A program made the position numbers and the translations under genes. Shown one piece after another: positions 51,991-64,000 of a stretch of 64,000 bases of DNA. How positions within the stretch are numbered: position 1 is the stretch's first letter; each line of letters starts with the position of its first letter. This DNA comes from Chiloscyllium plagiosum. Its lineage: Eukaryota. The notes beneath the pieces are model-generated. The model was given only the letters and a program-made list of their open reading frames with translations, did not search any database and was not told where the DNA came from. The stretch is taken from NCBI RefSeq assembly GCF_004010195.1, contig NC_057718.1, positions 86,858,139 through 86,922,138 of the forward strand, in the 5' to 3' direction.

Positions 51991-52618
51991 TGGGATGACA
52001 CAGCAAATTCTCAAGCTAAACATAAAGGATTTAAGAGGAATGTTCATTTTATTGCAAAGCCAAAGAGTGTATGGCAAAATCAATCAATAAACATTGCTTT
52101 GTTCTCAATGGATAATTTCCCTGATCTCACTGCGCAATAGTTGTTTTTAATGTGATTATTCCAAATATCTTAAGTAATAGCTTAACTTGTATTGAATTAA
52201 TTGTTTTTTCTGATCTCTCAAGTGAATTCTCAACAACTCAGTCCAGCCCCAATAGGCCTAAGCCCACATTACCAATTTGCCCCAGATCAAATTTCATTGG
52301 TTTTTTTAAACACATAGACTATTGCTTTATAAGGGCTATTATTGTCCCTGTGAATACTGGGCATGATATATAACTAATGCAATGAATTGCAATTATATAA
52401 ATTGCACAATGTAATTTGCAACATGAAATCACCATGAACTTTGCATGTGAAACCAATTTATTTTGCTGTTCTTCAATGTGTTTTTTTTCCCCAATCGGAG
52501 TGGCAATCCCATTTTAAAATGCAAGTATAGAGAGGAGAATTGTAAAATCGACTGTGAAAATATTCAGCTGCAGTTTTGGTGCAAAAGGTTTTAACTGGGA
52601 ATTTACATCTTTCCCCAG

Positions 52619-53465
52619 TTCCAATGGGAAGTCTGTGTCATGGTCTGAACCAGGAACTGGACGGCCAGCGAAAGGACAGCACATGTGGCATAGACTGTCC
52701 GTCCATGTGAAGAGCAAAGATGTTGCATCTAATCAGACAGCTGTAATCAAACCCCTGACTAAACCATACCAGAACCAGATCAAAAACCTCAGCTTCTCAG
52801 ATGCAAGCACAAAAGCCCTTTACAATGTTGTGGAAGAAGATGAAAGTGAACCATTGAGACTCGACATTCCCAATAGTCCAGAAATGATGTTGCAGAGACG
52901 AGCAATGTCTATCACACAGCTTAAAGAAATGGAAGATCCCCAGTTCTTCATTTCTGATCAGTTGCAAAAAGATGTTTCTTCACAACAGTCCATAATGGAT
53001 CAGTTGCACGGAGTGGTCAATACATTTACAACTAATATGACTGATCTTAATTCAGTGCTTACTGTGCCCGTGCCAGTGCCTGGGAATGGGGTGACGCCAT
53101 TGTACCAGCTTGACGAACAAGTGCTCCCACTTCAGATGACTACCTTCAATCCTCAACCCATCTCACCTGTTGAGGAGGAGGAGGAGGAGGAGGAGGAGGA
53201 GGACGAGGAGAGTGAAAGGTTCAACCTCATTGACGACTTCATTTATGACAACACTGAGCACCAGGAGGAACTGGTCGTCCCCAACAAACTCATGTTGGAG
53301 GACTCTCCAGCACTCACACCTCCATCCCCCTTCCGAGATTCAGTGGCATCAGGCAGCTCCGTTCCCAGCTCCCCCATCTCTGAATCAGTGCTGTGTACCC
53401 CACCCAATGTAACCTATGCTTCTGTCATTCTGAGAGACTACAAACAAACTTCCTCAACTCTCTGA
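52619..53465 (+). CDS. GRM1: GRM1 terminal coding exon (long mGluR1a-type C-tail)
   Basis: ttccccAG acceptor; phase 2 joins AG+T = Ser. SNGKSVSWSEP...HMWHRLSVHVK...NQTAVIKPLTK...SPALTPPSPFRDSV...VILRDYKQTSSTL*; Homer ligand PPSPF and PDZ ligand SSTL; TGA 53463-53465. Confidence 0.96.
53172..53210 (+). repeat. Coding trinucleotide repeat (GAG)10 GAC (GAG)2, poly-Glu
   Basis: Read directly; SPV-E10-D-EE-SERF. Confidence 0.95.
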
Positions 53466-54239
53466 AGATTTAAGTCATATAATGAGAAGTTGTAGTTTGC
53501 TGGGGATTTCAACATGAAATATTCAAGGGGGGAAGGGGGAGGTGTGGTTGGGGGCACATGCAATGACTAAGTTTTCAAACATTTGAAAATTAAAAAGGAA
53601 AACAGTTTATTATCCCAGTTGTCTGTACAGTCAAGATGCCTGTAATCATGTGATTAGAGTTCCCTTGCTAAGTCCGGGAAACATCTAGATTATGTAGCAA
53701 CTCAGAACAATAGTTTCAGAAACATTATTGTAGAGGTAGGCATGTTAAAATATGCTATTTTATTGCATACTTCTTTCATTTCAAATAGTTATTGTATTAT
53801 AATTGTTGGGCAGTCTGATATTTCACTTTGTGCCAACTTCCAACTGTTAATACCAACTGTCAGGTGAACTGCTGTGTTAGTTATGTGCGTATGTTTATTG
53901 GGTAGCAAAGGCTGTAGCTTCTTATTTGCAAATCAAAACTGGGTCAACAAGATCAACTCATCAACAATAATCTGCAATGTGTTCAAATCCTGGAGTTCTT
54001 TATTCCTCACAGTTTGCCTCACCTGTGACAAGCAACCCATTTAGGGTGGGTCACCGTGTAACATTTATATCTGCTACCTAACAGAAAATGGTGCTTTACC
54101 TGCTTTTAAATACAAATGGCACCCTGTCACAAGAGGACCTGTTATTCTTGCTTCCTCCAGAAATAGGGGCGATAAGCTCTCCACCCATTACAACCATTTC
54201 TTGAGTGCTTCTTCCAAACCTGAGGAATGCCACAGTAGT

Positions 54240-54340
54240 ATAGACAGGAATTGCTGGAGACATGCAGCTGGTCTGGTAACATCGGTGGAGAGAGAAACAA
54301 GTTGAAGTTTCGAGTCCAAAAATGACTCCTCTTCAGAAAC
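54240..54340 (-). mobile_element. PLE-derived short element with hammerhead core, in the putative GRM1 3' UTR (antisense)
   Basis: Minus strand 54338-54301: tt-CTGAAGA-G-GAGTC-atttttg-GACTC-GAAA-CT-TC-aac. Confidence 0.65.
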
Positions 54341-57300
54341 TTGTTTGAAATGCCACAGGAAGTTGGCTCTTGTTGAGATGCTTTCTTTCATACTCAGTGT
54401 TGGAACAGTAGGATCTATTGATGAAACAAAGCTGTGGTTGCCAGATGCATTGGAAAAGCTGCAGAATCTGCAGTTTTACTCTCTGGAGAGCAATGATTAT
54501 AAATAAACTTCTTCTTGAGATATTTTGTGATAATGAACAATCCATAAGATTCAGAATATGGGCCATGATTCAGGCTTGTCACCTTTATTTTCTGAAATAA
54601 ATAACTCAGCATTGATCTACTTTCGGGATGAACTTGAGGTAAAACCAGGGAATAGCTTTGAATTTTCGGCTCTGTTTTTTTTGGAAGATTCCTTTGGCAA
54701 TCTTGCACAAATGGTTAAAAAGCAACATGATCTATGGTGTGCAATAGTGATAGCAGTGGTCAGTGCTTCTTATGTAATTTCCATCTCAGGTACACAAACA
54801 ACCAACGTATCGTTAAATTCCAACGCATTTGACAAAGAAAGATGCAGTTTTTGTTCTCATTTCTGTTTCATTGTTTCTATTTTCTGTCAATCTTAATCAG
54901 TCTGACAATCTGAAACTTGTACTTAGTGCAAAACAAACATACATTTGTAGATATACTTTCTAAGTTTGAAACTGCAACATGAATTTTGCCCAGAAGTACT
55001 TTGTGTTTTCAAATATTCTGCAACGTAAAGCTTGAAGTGTAAATTATAGAAATATTCTGCCTCTGCAGCACCCAATTTCTCAAGCATGAAGTGGCAGGTT
55101 ATTTTAAAAAAACACTCTTATCCCCCTATCCACAATCTTGTGTTAAACACTTCTGAGATCATCTGAAACAGAAACAGAAAATGCTGGAAACATTCAGCAG
55201 GTCACACTCTTTGTCTCTCCACAGATGCTGCTTGACCTGCTGATTACTTCCAGCATCTTCCAGTATTTCAGATTTCCAGAATCCACAGTATTTTGCAAGG
55301 TAGTGATCATGATCCCCATGTGGTACATCACTAGATTCAACACCTACAACATCACATTTTAACCATTTACAGATGCCAGCACCTAGGTTCAGTTAGTAGC
55401 AGTAACACCTCAAGGACAGAAGATTGACTGAGAGAATTAAGCGCATGATCTAGGCTGACATTCCATTCGATATGAGGGAATCTTTCAGATGAAATATTAG
55501 ACTAAAATCCTTCCTATGTGTCCTTTCAAGCTAATCTAACAATCCCTGCAGTATTCAGAAAAGCAGGGGTGTTCTCCTTAATGACACAGCCAATGCTTAT
55601 CTCTCAATCAACATCATGAAGAACAGTCATCAACAACAATTGATATTCGTAGGAGCTTTCTGGACACAAATTGGTTGTTGTGTCTCTGACACTAGCATAG
55701 TCAATACTTCAGGAATACTTCATCATCTGTAAAGTATTCCATGATGATCAGAGGTCATAAAAGGGTCCCTTTTTCTATTGGAACCTTCATAAATCTTGGG
55801 CCAAAGTTATGATAGACAATTGTTCCCAAAGGTGCTCTGTGATAAACTGACCCACTTCATGCTCCCATGGCTGCACTCAGTTAGAATTGTAACACCACTG
55901 AACTTATTCTGCAATTGTGACCAGAAACCATAATTTGAAAACAGCCTTCTACCACAACCTTTGATGTTATTTTTCCATATAAGCTATAGTCCTAAATCTA
56001 AATATACCTCTCCACCTCTTTCCCTTAACCACGTATTTAATCTTCTCTTACATGTTGTTGTAGCCTCAATAAATGTAAGGTGTTCACCTTTGTCACTAAA
56101 ATTAAGACCATGCATTCAGCTTCCTCTGCTGTTTCACTCCTATTAACCCCATCAAGGCAAAGGGTCCCCTACACACAATCTGAACTTGCACCTTTGTCTC
56201 CTCTGTGTCCCCTCATGCCCTCTCTGAGCTCACCTTGTCCATGAACCCTTGATCATATGCCCACCACACTGCTGACTATCTCTACTGATATGATTGCAGT
56301 TCTCTCTCCTGAAAAGATTCTTCCCTCCATATTGGCCATTTTTAAATCTCTCAGAATCATCCATTTTCAAAAGGCTCACCCTTAACCTGTCTATCCATAC
56401 TCATTGCTGACCACCTCCAGCTCCCTTGCCTGGCTGAAGCCTTTTTAATGTTGTATGGCTTACCAGGCTCTCCCAAAGTCACAGTGGTAGCTGGTAGGCA
56501 TTTGCTATGAGAGCTGAGCCTTGCAAAGTTGGCCCTTAAGTACTTAGTGACTTCTTCCAGCTATGCAACAATATTCTCCTGATTAATCCCTCAGTGACGT
56601 TCAGATTCTGCCTTGCGCCGTTCACCAGTTGTGATGCTAACTAGCCTCTGACCTCCACCACCTGGGAGGACAAGGACAGCGGACCCATGGGAACACCACC
56701 ACCTGCAAGTCAACACATTCGACTTAGATGTACATCACCTTCATCGCTTATTGGGTCGACATTGTGGTACTCACTACATATCAGCACTGTGGATGCAGCG
56801 CCACCACATGGACTGCAGCGACTCAAGAAGGTGATGCACCAGCGAATACCGACGGCCATCCAGGATGGGCAATTAACGCCAATAACATTCGCATCCCAAA
56901 AATTGGTAACACAAACCACTGAAGGAGCTTTTGACTTAAGAGGCCAAGTTAACAGCCAGCATCAGAACATTTAAGATGCTTGATCCTGGGGAAAAAAAAC
57001 ATTGAGTCGAGCCTTGACTTTTTCCAAGTTGATTACCTACAGCATAAGGAGCAGTAATTTGTACCGGCTTCCGCTTAGATTTTATCTGTTCCCTTGAAGT
57101 AAAAATTGCCAAGTATTTAAAATTTAATTAAACCAAAGGATGCGGTGACCAGTCTGTGTGAATTGAGAAACTGGTTTAATTCTGACCTAATTGCGTATCC
57201 TGTTATTATTTGTGTTCCACATAAGAAATTCTAGAAGTGCTCCAAGTAAATAAACACTGCGTCCCTGCACTCTCCATCTGGGGCCTTCCACACGCCGCAA

Positions 57301-57824
57301 TGAAGCATTAGGAAATCTAGGACAACTAATTCCAGTGCATCACAATTCTCAGGACTGGGTTCACCTCCTGCAAGCCGCAGCCAATTGCAACGCCATCTGT
57401 GCAAATGAAAACCTACGATCGCCAGCCTGCTCGGTCCTGCATTCCACATTCTGCGTCAGTGTCATATTGACTTTTAGGGAAAAAAAGACTTTTGTGTCTC
57501 CAAGACTGGAGTTGAACTGTTTTAACAACTGAACCAAAACAGCCACAAATCGCAGACCCTGGACGAAAAACACCTTTTAAAATATCACAAGGAAATGTTG
57601 CTTCTAATTTTGGGTTTTTACCCGAATTCAGTTTAGATTTGACTTTTATGTTAATTACATATTTAAGTATTGATAAATTGATCGTAGTTGTGTACTGTTA
57701 ACTATCTGTGTCAAGATTTAAAAAAAAAGATTGTGTGTGTTTTTGGCTGTTCAACTTTTATGAACTTGTAAACTGCAAATGTAAAAATTCTCTAGCGAAA
57801 TAATGTAATTTGACAGCAGATGGC

Positions 57825-57830
57825 AATAAA
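57825..57830 (+). promoter_or_regulatory. Candidate GRM1 polyadenylation signal AATAAA
   Basis: Ends an AU-rich stretch (57560-57900) with no recognisable repeat, with TGTA elements upstream and U-rich sequence downstream. Inference only. Confidence 0.45.
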
Positions 57831-57999
57831 TGAGGTTCCATTTACTCTGGTAAGAAATTTTCTATTGTATAAAAATTTCAACCCAACTTTGTTAGAAAAC
57901 CTCCTTGGCATAGTAAAAGAAAAGTAAATATTTTATGTTTAAATTTGAATTTTTTGTTTGCATTTTAAGAATAACCCTGTGCTTGTCGAGTGATATTGG

Positions 58000-58360
58000 C
58001 TTCCAGTCTGACAATACCTCAATTATAAAATTCTCATTTTTATTTTCAAATCCCTCACGTTGCGTTGTGGATCTCTATCTTGGTAACATCCTCCAGTACT
58101 ACAGCCCACTGTTTCTGGTCTCTTCCACATCCATTTCCGTTTATCTGCTCCGTGCAGCTTTCTCAACCTCAGCTTTAGTGTTTTTTCCCTCCTCATTTAA
58201 GATGCTCCTTCAAACCTACCTCTTCAACCAAGCTTTTGAGAATCTGTTCTAATATATCATGTGGCTTGGTGTCAAATTTTGTTTGATAATACTCCTGGGA
58301 GGTGACTGGATGATTTAAAACTTTAGAGGTGCTATATAAATGCAAGTTATTGTTGTTGTA
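58000..58360 (+). mobile_element. L2-like LINE 3' end
   Basis: ctccttcaaacctacctcttcaaccaagctttt...gctatataaatgcaagttattgttgttg tail. Confidence 0.65.
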
Positions 58361-59274
58361 ACTTATGAAGTATCAAAATTCTGTCATAAGTACCAATTTT
58401 TGATTCAATATGTTAGAATTTGGTTGCAGCAAGACTGGAGGCAAGGACTATTAGATGTCAGTGAATCTGTTATTAACAACTTAATTTGCGATGATATATT
58501 TTGATCCATGAGCTGTAATTAAATAAAGAAGGTGTGAAATATTGGTCTCTTATCATTCAATATATTATTATTATTAGGCCACAGTGTACTGTCTGAATGT
58601 ATAAGATCTGCACCTTGGGAAAGAGGTCAGCATGGCAAGGGTGCTAATGCTAAATCAAGGACGGAAACTTCTCAAAATGACTGTAAGCAAGTTACTGCCC
58701 TGATCTCATTTCCTCTAGAGTTCCAAATGCCTTGATCCCCAACCCCAAACAGATCTGCTGAGTAATTCCAGCATTTGCTGCCCCTATTTCTGATGGATGT
58801 GTGTAATTAGGTGACTGATCAGACATAATCTAACTTAATGACAATAGAAATCAGGTTCCGGAAGGAAATGACATACTCCTGCTCTTGTTTATCTAATGTA
58901 ACCCTGTAGCCATGAGAGTGGCTTGGCTCACCAAATACCAAATGCCTGTGGACCTGCAGCACATGTTCAGTATGATCCTGTCAGTGTTGCAATTCCACAG
59001 TTCCTGTTCTGTGTTTCAGGGCAGTTTCATGGTTGCTCAGATGGTGTGGAACCAAGGTACACAAGGCAGCAAACATCCTACGATGTGTTGAGTCTGGACA
59101 AGTGAGATAGGCATTGTGGTTGGCCTCAGCCTGTAGGGTTAAGGAACAGGCAAACAGCTGTCCCTCCAGTAAACTACGAACACACACACACCCCTACCCA
59201 GCCAAATTGTGCATTCAAGCAGGTTTTGAATTTTGAACTATTTTACAATTTCAGATTTGTTCTGTCATCTCATC

Positions 59275-60046
59275 AAATGATTTGAATATGTAGGAGGTAT
59301 AGTTAGTAAGGTTGCCGATGACACCAAAATGGGAGGTATAGTGGACAGCGATGAAGGTTACCTCAAAGTACAAGAGGATCTTGATCATGGCAGATGGAGT
59401 TTAATTTAGATAAATGTGAGGTGCTGTATTTTGGAAAGGCAATTCAAGGCAGGACTTATACCCTGAATGGTAAGGTCCTGGAGAGTTTTGCTAAACAAAC
59501 AGACCTTGAAGTGCAGGTTCATAGTTCCTTGAAAGTGGAGTCGCAGGTAGATAGGATAGTGAAGCAGGCATTTGGTACTTTCCTTTATTGGTCAGCGTAT
59601 TGAATATAGGAGTTGGGAGGTCGTGTTGCAGCTGTACAGGACATTGGTTAGGTCACTTTTGGAACATTGCATGCAATTCTGCTCTCCATACTATAGGAAG
59701 GATGTTGTGAAACTTGATAGGATTCAGAAAAAATTTACAAGAATGTTGCCAGGGTTGGAGAGTTTGAGCTACAGGGAGAGGCTGAATAGGCTGGGGCTGT
59801 TTTCCCTGGAGCATTAGAGGCTGAGGAGTAACCTTATAGAGGTTCGTAAAATCATGAGGGGTATGGTGGAAACTAGTACAACTACAGCATTTAAAAGGCA
59901 TCTTGATGGGTATATGAATAGGAAGGGTTTAGGGGGATATGGGCCAAATGCTGGCAAAGGGAACTAGAGTAGCTTAGGATATCTGGTCGGCATGGACGAG
60001 TTGGACTGAAGGGTCTGTTTCTGTGCTGTATGTCTCGATGACTCTA
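59275..60046 (+). mobile_element. CR1 LINE 3' fragment with internal deletion
   Basis: ADDTK, MEFNLDKCEVLYFG, RMLPGLESLSYRERLNRLGLFSLE; same family as 10017-10950. Confidence 0.9.
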
Positions 60047-60569
60047 AATCAAGCAGATAGCCACTTCAAAAGCTTCTTCCTGCCTTGAGTGCATATTGAT
60101 GGTTCATCAGTTCATATGGACCAGTTAAATTTGAAACATTATTACCTATGAAGCATAGAGGTAAAGATTATAATAATAATATTTAAGCTCAAAATACCAG
60201 GCCAAAATTATGGGTATGGATGTTTATTTTGGCAGGGCAGTGATGTTTGCCATAGTGTGACCAGTGTACGTAAAATTGTCTGTAGCAAAGAAAGAAGAGA
60301 ACAACAAGTCATGGCCCCCTACCTTTTGTCAGCAGCTACATGAGCCTGTGCTTTTAAAGCTTCAATACCAAAATACCCCTGACAGTGCAGCAAGAGAATT
60401 GACAATCATCAAATCCCTTTAAGTTGCCATGCTGGTGGAATGCATGAACTGGTCCAATGCCTACAGCTGCCTCTATACATTCACTTCCAAGGTACAACGC
60501 CAATGAAAGAAATGAAAGGAGACATGCAAGTATATTGCAGAGAGGATGCTTATAGACACATCGGGACCA

Positions 60570-62370
60570 TAAGACATAGGAGTGGAAGTAAGTCATTCAG
60601 CCCACCGAGTCCACTCCGCCATTCAATCATGGCTGATGGGCATTTCAACGCCAATTACCTGCACTCTCCCCATATTAAGAATGTATCAATCATTGTCTTT
60701 AATGTCCCAACCTCCATTGCACTCCATGGGAATGAATTCCACAGGCCCTCCACTCTTTGGCACCACTCAAGGACAGAATGTATTTGTTTAGAACTAAAAA
60801 AAAAATAGATTTCCCAGTACATTTGGGGAACAGGAAAGCAAGGAACAATCAGACTAAGAATAATTAACAGTGGGAGGGCAGCTTTTATAGGATGAAAACA
60901 AATCCGGCCCAGATAAATTGGCATCAAAGACTGTCGGGCAAACTGTAACCTATCAAAGAAGCTGCTTTTAAAGACAAGATAATTTGGATAACATCAAAGT
61001 ACATTGCCATGATGAGGAAAAGATAGAGATTAAGATGAAACAGAAAGTTTATTTACAACAGACGTCAGGTGGATAATTGAAATTCAGGCTCAATATAGAA
61101 GGTTTAGAGGGGCATTGTAAAGAGAAGCAAAAAGAGAACATGAGAAGAGTCAGGCAGCAAATACAAAGGAAATCCAAAAAAAACTTACATTGACATATTA
61201 AAAGGAGCAGTGGGTCATCTCAGTTAATAATCCAGGGTTTATACATGAAGGTAGAAGCATATCTTAGGCATGAATAATAAGTACTTAACATATATATATA
61301 TATATATATATATACCAAGATGGCCCTTGAGTTATAAAGAGAAAAATAAGACACTCAACGTGTTAAAATTTGATAAGAGGGAGTAGTCAGAAAGGTTGTT
61401 CGTACTTAAGGTTCATAGGTCACCAGGATTTGATGAAATACATCCAAGGTAACGGAGGGAAGATGAAAATTCTTAAGGCATTGACTCTAATTTCTGATTT
61501 TCCCATTATACAGGAATGGTACCGGAGAATTGCAAATGTTACACTTTATTCAAGGGAATCTAATCTAATTTAATCATTATCAGATTAATGTTAATAGCCT
61601 AATAATCAATCACTCATCAAGGATTGATCAACTCCATGGGTTAGTTTATTTAAAACAACAGAACAGATTTAAAGTTACAAAGGAGAAACTCAACATTGTA
61701 TACACACAGCACCTGGAATTCTTAAAGTTGGACTCTTAAAGGGAAGGATAAATTCAGCAATGACAGGTCAGTCAGAATTTGTGGAGAAATTAATGATCAC
61801 TTGGGCAAATATGAATAAATTAAAATATTCATGTTGGATTTCCTTAAGGGCAAATCATGTTTAACTAACTTGCTTGATTTTTTTAATGAGGTCACAGAGA
61901 CAGTAGATGAAGATAATGCCGTTGACACGGACTTCCGAAAAGCATTTGATAAAATGCTGCACTACACACTGTTGAGTACATGGACTAGAAGGGACAGTAA
62001 TGACATGAAATGGATTGTGACAGGCAACAGGGAATAGTGAACAGATTTTTCTTGACTAAAGGAAGATTTATCGTGGTGTCCGTTAGGGTAGCCATGAGGA
62101 CCCTTTACAAACAGAATAATCCTAAAAGGGATTTGGAACAGAAGGATCTGGGGAATATATGTGCACAAACCATTGGAGTTTACAGGGAGGCCGAGAGCAA
62201 TTGATCAATTTTGTATGGTCCTGGATTTTATAAATAGGATCATAAAGTTCAAAAGCAAGGAAGTTACAGTAAACCTGTCAAAATCCGCATCAACAAAAGT
62301 ATTGTACCCAACTTTGTGTGACATACTTTATGAAAGATATGGAGGCTTTGAAACTGTTTCAAAAAAGATT
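60570..62370. mobile_element. Old CR1 fragments (minus 3' end ~60570-60760; plus ORF2 remnants ~60800-62370) with a (TA)n run at 61290-61314
   Basis: GKSCLTNLLDFFNEVT...DFRKAFDK and RIANVT motifs. Confidence 0.7.
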
Positions 62371-62564
62371 CCCACACTTATTTTCTCTCCTCAAACTTCC
62401 TTCCTGTTCTCTTCATCCCCTCAATCCTCTATCTGTCCTTCCCCATCCCTCCTTTCCTTCCTCTTTGCTCACCTCCTTCCCCCTCTCTCCTCCTCTTGCA
62501 ACCATTCCCTTTCAGACCTTTTTCTGCTTCCCAGAAACCTGACCTAGATAGAGAAACAACTCCA

Positions 62565-63064
62565 NNNNNNNNNNNNNNNNNNNNNNNNNNNNNNNNNNNN
62601 NNNNNNNNNNNNNNNNNNNNNNNNNNNNNNNNNNNNNNNNNNNNNNNNNNNNNNNNNNNNNNNNNNNNNNNNNNNNNNNNNNNNNNNNNNNNNNNNNNNN
62701 NNNNNNNNNNNNNNNNNNNNNNNNNNNNNNNNNNNNNNNNNNNNNNNNNNNNNNNNNNNNNNNNNNNNNNNNNNNNNNNNNNNNNNNNNNNNNNNNNNNN
62801 NNNNNNNNNNNNNNNNNNNNNNNNNNNNNNNNNNNNNNNNNNNNNNNNNNNNNNNNNNNNNNNNNNNNNNNNNNNNNNNNNNNNNNNNNNNNNNNNNNNN
62901 NNNNNNNNNNNNNNNNNNNNNNNNNNNNNNNNNNNNNNNNNNNNNNNNNNNNNNNNNNNNNNNNNNNNNNNNNNNNNNNNNNNNNNNNNNNNNNNNNNNN
63001 NNNNNNNNNNNNNNNNNNNNNNNNNNNNNNNNNNNNNNNNNNNNNNNNNNNNNNNNNNNNNNNN
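62565..63064. other. Assembly gap (500 N)
   Basis: Run of exactly 500 N, probably a placeholder length. Confidence 0.99.
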
Positions 63065-63850
63065 GGCTCGGGCTGCCTGTGCGGGAATGCGGAAGCGCTG
63101 AGGGCCGCCCAGAGGCGGCTGGATGGCGGACGCTGTGGAGAGCGGTGCCGGGGGCTCCGAGCATCTCTTCAAGGTGCTGGTGATCGGGGAGCTCGGCGTC
63201 GGCAAGACCAGCATCATCAAGCGGTACGTTCACCGGCTCTTCTCCCACAATTACCGCGCCACCATCGGAGTGGACTTCGCCCTGAAGGTGCTGAACTGGG
63301 ACGCCAGCACCTTGATCCGGCTGCAGCTCTGGGACATCGCAGGTAGGAGCCGGGGGGTGGGGGACAGGGACAGGCTGGGTCACCCTGGGGGGGGTGCAAT
63401 CAAGAATCACGGGAATTGCCTGTTTCCAAGTTCCCTGCTGGACACCAGCAGTGACATGGTTAATCCACGGGGCCCTGGGTTTGTGAAGGATTGCTTTGGG
63501 GGTGGGGGGGGGGAAGAGACAAGCGTGTGCCTTCTCCCGTTAACACTGAGACCGGAGCAGCCTGATACAGTGCACACACACACACACACCCGCCCCAGGG
63601 TGGGCTGTCATTCAGCGTCTCTCTCCCCCGCCCGACTCTCTGCTCGCCCTGGAATTTCCTGGCCGCCTCTCAGCGCGCTTCCCAGCCCCTTTGCACCCAC
63701 CGTCTGAATCTTCACCCGCCCCGGCACTCGGGTTTTACACACGGAATGGTCGCGGAGAACCAACTGGTCCCAGACAGCCGACCGGACAGAGCGGTCACCC
63801 GGGACGCGGATGCAAAGCGAGGGGTCCACCAAGTTCAGCCGCCTTGCGAA
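63065..63850. promoter_or_regulatory. CpG-rich region over the RAB32 5' end
   Basis: Abrupt rise in GC and CpG density relative to the rest of the window. Confidence 0.7.
63123..63342 (+). CDS. RAB32: RAB32 exon 1 (Rab32/38 subfamily small GTPase)
   Basis: ggATGG start; EHLFKVLVIGELGVGKTSIIKRYVH...YRATIGVDFALKVLNWD...RLQLWDIA(G); WDIAG variant of the Rab32/38 family; CAG|GTAGGA donor. GELGVGKTS and the position downstream of GRM1 favour RAB32 over RAB38. Confidence 0.93.
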
Positions 63851-64000
63851 TAGAGGCAGCTTCTCTGCCTGTTTCTTGGCGAGGCCTGTACAGTAAAGTG
63901 CAGGAGCAAAAGCTCTGGAATCTGTACTGGAAACAACAAATGCGGGAGACCACAACTCACTCTCACTCTCACTCTCTCCATCTCCATGGATGCTGCCTGA

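Noticed and set aside
52554..52618. N-terminal extension of the 303-aa ORF (MKIFSCSFG...)
   Set aside because: Intronic sequence upstream of the AG at 52617-52618; mGluR1 homology begins at SNGKS.
53170..53412. Poly-Arg alternative-frame ORF
   Set aside because: Shifted reading of the (GAG)n repeat with a TTG start; no independent support.
62429..63410. Long ORFs spanning 62.4-63.4 kb
   Set aside because: Artefacts of translating the 500-N gap or the antisense of RAB32.
63343..63707. Continuation of the 194-aa RAB32 ORF
   Set aside because: Read-through past the GT donor at 63343; no Rab motifs, low complexity.

Overview
Eukaryotic, repeat-rich genomic DNA from a cartilaginous fish. A shark is inferred from the HE1/V-domain SINEs, the Deu-type SINEs and the CR1 and Penelope families. 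The + strand carries the last four coding exons of the metabotropic glutamate receptor GRM1 (169 bp, 127 bp, 931 bp and an 847-bp terminal coding segment with the Homer and PDZ motifs) and a probable ~4.4-kb 3' UTR. A 500-N assembly gap follows, then exon 1 of RAB32 in a CpG-rich region. GRM1 followed by RAB32 is the same order and orientation as in mammals. The introns contain CR1, L2 and Rex1-like LINE fragments, tRNA-derived SINEs, two decayed Gypsy-type LTR elements and a possible Harbinger relic. The most notable unannotated signal is a set of Penelope-like retroelement (PLE) derivatives carrying minimal hammerhead-ribozyme cores (CUGANGA-N-stem II-GAAA-NN-UH). They occur as ~80-130 bp inserts with 10-17 bp target-site duplications, as a ~530-bp foldback, and as a 2.7-kb RT + GIY-YIG element with inverted termini. 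Repeat boundaries are approximate and were read by eye; no searches were run.
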